Under the pieces are notes generated by a model. That model ran no database searches. It saw nothing but the letters and a program-made list of their open reading frames with translations, and was not told where the DNA came from. 64,000 bases of DNA from Leptospiraceae bacterium (GTDB lineage: Bacteria; Spirochaetota; Leptospiria; Leptospirales; Leptonemataceae): positions 986,358 to 1,050,357 of the forward strand of contig JAVJNR010000004.1 of assembly GCA_040217195.1 (NCBI GenBank), given 5' to 3'. Both the position numbers and the translations under genes were made by a program. Each line of letters begins with the position of its first letter. The stretch's first letter is position 1. This document shows, in pieces, positions 64,000 to 64,000 of the stretch.

Positions 64000-64000
64000 G

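Overview
Bacterial chromosomal window, gene-dense, with no rRNA, tRNA, CRISPR array or transposase that I could recognise. The gene families point to a Leptospiraceae-like spirochaete (inference): membrane/7TM-DISM AraC regulators, a TM-HAMP-SpoIIE-TPR phosphatase, a 7TM adenylate cyclase and spirochaete-style lipoproteins. Content is mostly accessory. It includes many sensors and regulators (five membrane-embedded AraC proteins, two ArsR-SRPBCC modules, MerR, TetR), lipid and ester catabolic enzymes (lipase, SGNH esterase, cNMP-patatin, Baeyer-Villiger-type monooxygenase, SDRs, acyl-CoA dehydrogenase) and a monomeric isocitrate dehydrogenase. Most notable: (1) an RHS toxin tip with a PLA2-like signature followed by two coupled lipoprotein genes; (2) two large surface lipoproteins with a shared disulfide-rich FN3/PKD stalk and unrelated C-terminal tips; (3) a GTNC-N14-GG(A/T)CGA motif in promoters next to membrane AraC genes; (4) a perfect intergenic (GACGAA)19.7 repeat just before the acyl-CoA dehydrogenase; (5) a 99-bp three-way-junction palindromic element; (6) a MerR-GyrI regulator frameshifted in a G5 run. 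All functional calls come from motif recognition by eye, with no database search.
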